DNA of 62,062 nt, filler included, from Choristocarpus tenellus KU-1152 (lineage: Eukaryota; Protista; Phaeophyceae): assembly GCA_964200185.2 (NCBI GenBank). It is 8 parts of 8 records of this genome, joined end to end, with 100 filler letters (N's around TTAATTAATTAA, not from the genome) between each part and the next. Parts side by side here need not be neighbours in the genome. Positions count along the whole stretch, not along the records: positions 58,790 to 62,062 come from CAXNAD020021121.1; 7 more parts are not named here. One strand, given 5' to 3'. Shown here piece after piece: positions 59,880 through 62,062 of this stretch. The notes beneath the pieces were generated by a model. It saw only the letters and a program-made list of their open reading frames with translations, was not told the origin of the DNA and made no database searches. Both the position numbers and the translations under genes were made by a program. Position 1 is the stretch's first letter; every line of letters starts with the position of its first letter.

Positions 59880-60180
59880 TTAAGGGTTGTTACAGGGTGA
59901 GTTGGAGGCCGCTGAATGCCTGCTCTTCCGTTTTTATCATCACAGGCATGCCATCGCTGCATGCTGGTCATTATCTATGGCCTGCGTTCGATTTTGTTAT
60001 TACTCACACACATCATCATGATTTTATGGTTGCACTCCTGGTCCGCATTATTAGGTATCATGACAAAGAGATGGTTATGAAGGATTTTTTAATACCACCC
60101 ACTCACCCTACTTTGATCCTTTGCGAGGTCTGGAGGATTCCATTCATTCCCGGGAAGGAGTAAGAGACAACAGAGCTCAA
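59880..60180 (+). pseudogene. Possible decayed Ulp1/C48-like protease fragment, probably transposon-borne
   Basis: SVFII..HAGHYLWPAFDFVITHTHHHDF..RIIRYHDKE..W follows the order IFIP..HW.L.V.D..I..YDS..Y..E..W of C48 proteases; catalytic residues are not intact. Confidence 0.25.
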
Positions 60181-62062
60181 CGAAAAAATCCGTCCGGAAA
60201 AACTGTTGGAAAGGGTTATCCTTCAGCACGGGTTGGATGTGAATGTCCCACAATCACCTCGCTATCTGGACTATAGCAACAAGCATTTCTTGGTCCATTG
60301 CCGGCATGACCCATTGCGATTGAAATCAAGAGCTTCAGAATAGCATAGCAAGACCCTCCAAGAACTGTCCTCCTCACCAGTGCAATGATTCTTTTGCAGT
60401 GTCTGTTCACGCTATTCTCACCCTCTATGTCAGTTGTGTTGTCCTTTCTAGCTGGCATGAAGAGTGCGATACACCCAGAAAGTTGGCATCTGTGCTTCAT
60501 GTGTGTCATAAAACCACACATCTACTAACCTGCTTATTTAGTAGAAAGGTATGCACTCATTGCATTGAATCATACACCATATGCACTATTTTGTTGTCCC
60601 TTAAGACATGAACAGAGGATGTTGGCTTTGTATCTCGTACTGTCCCTTCCGATTTCTCATCATTCCAATCTCACGTCCGCAACTCACAAAACAAAACTTC
60701 GTTAAGACACTGCCTAAATTCAGGAGGGTGAGCTACGCAGTCTGATCAAAGCAAGAAAATCAGACCACATAAAAAAACTACCAAGAAAAAAGGGAAGATG
60801 GGTGGTATAACCATACACAACTGTAACAGGCTGTATTATGTTATCATGACTCACTACTATTGTTGCTATTTGCACTTGTCTGGGGACCAACCCAACCTAC
60901 AGTCAGAGGCACTACGCACTCCACTCCTTCTCATAATACTGTAACTATCAGCTGCACTACAGTTAACTACACTGCCTCCATTTATTCCTTGATTCTCACA
61001 CGATGGGTTCTGCCACTCACCCCAGCACTAAACAAATATTGTACTGGATCAGCCTTAATGCTGCTCCACAATAAATCATTGCCACATTGTTTTGATCTGG
61101 GGCTGTTGTAGCATATCATTATATAGGATACAGGTGTACAATTCATAGCACTTTCCACGCATACTTTGGACTTTGGATAGTCAAAACGAGAAACTCCATG
61201 ACAAGAAGTCTGGCATCAATAAGGTTGGAACCCTCAAACCTCATGGAGGGAGAAGCATCATTAAGGTACCAACTCTTCTAAGGGAGGGGATGCGGTATGA
61301 TGATAAGTACGTATATCCACTGCTTTGTGCCTATCAAAACCATCAAATACAGCAGGGCAAAGCATTTCAAACCCTGCAAGGACTGCCTTTTTGGGGTGTG
61401 ATGAAGTGCAATTTGTGATTTTGGCACATGTAAGCTTAAGAACCTCCCCCAAAACCTATGACTGGCTGGCTGACGTGGTAGCTGACTAGCTGTTGCTGTT
61501 GTATTCGTTGTTATGCGCTCAATTGCATGCTGAAGAGCTGCACGATCTCTTCCAAAATCTGTAGGTAGAACAGTTTCGACTAAAATATAGACTTGTTTCT
61601 TTTTCAATCTCTTAAGGAACTACATAGATGGAAGGGAAGGCGAGTGGTATGACCATGCATCAAACAGATAGAAAGGGGAGGTGGGCGATATTAAATAGTG
61701 GATTAGAGACGCAGATGTTATCCACAGCTTCGCGTCTAGCAATGGCTAGCTGCAAGAAGTCTTTGCAAAGAGTAGAGGTTTTCGCATCGCAATAGGACAC
61801 AATTTTTTCGGGGTGGGATGAAGTCCCGTGTGCATTTCTTGTGTACACTATCTAGATGCACAACCATAGATAGGTAGGAACTTCCCAAAAATGCCATGGC
61901 TAACTGTCTGGCTGGGTAGCTCTCGTTGTGGTAGTTGGAAAACCTTAGCCCTAAATCACATGGCGCCAAGCTTAGGGTTAGGATAAGGGTAAAGGTAGAA
62001 CCGATTTGACGAAAGTACGGGCACGGAGGGGTCTGTTGGATTCTTGGGCTGCTTCCTTAGCC

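Overview
This is eukaryotic, intron-rich nuclear DNA, most likely from an ochrophyte or brown-alga-type stramenopile. That assignment is inferred from an ASAF-type plastid presequence, TTAGGG motifs and GT-AG introns. The window is not one locus: eight contigs are joined by artificial 100-bp linkers (44 N + TTAATTAATTAA + 44 N), so adjacency across a linker carries no information. Hand-assembled, phase-checked gene models give: (1) a complete 6-exon D27-like beta-carotene isomerase (-, 3998..7203); (2) 187 bp away and head-to-head, a complete 6-exon divergent 20S proteasome alpha-7-type subunit with an apparent signal peptide and a large acidic insertion (+, 7391..11200); (3) a 3'-truncated enoyl-CoA hydratase/3-hydroxyacyl-CoA dehydrogenase bifunctional enzyme (+, 54851..>58569) with a divergent intron-containing tRNA-Tyr(GUA); (4) several unidentified gene fragments. 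The rest is largely decayed mobile DNA: co-oriented CRE-like (RLE) non-LTR remnants, a TGTTACA...TGTAACA LTR family, a candidate non-coding LTR element built from tandem arrays, an LTR followed by an unusually long tRNA-complementary tract, a mariner pseudogene, a MITE family and a 74-bp intronic array. I found no CRISPR or TnpB/Fanzor system. The best leads are the signal-peptide proteasome subunit, the structured 74-bp array, the array-filled LTR element, the extended PBS and a CpG-island-like pattern. All family assignments come from motif recognition by eye; no database searches were run.
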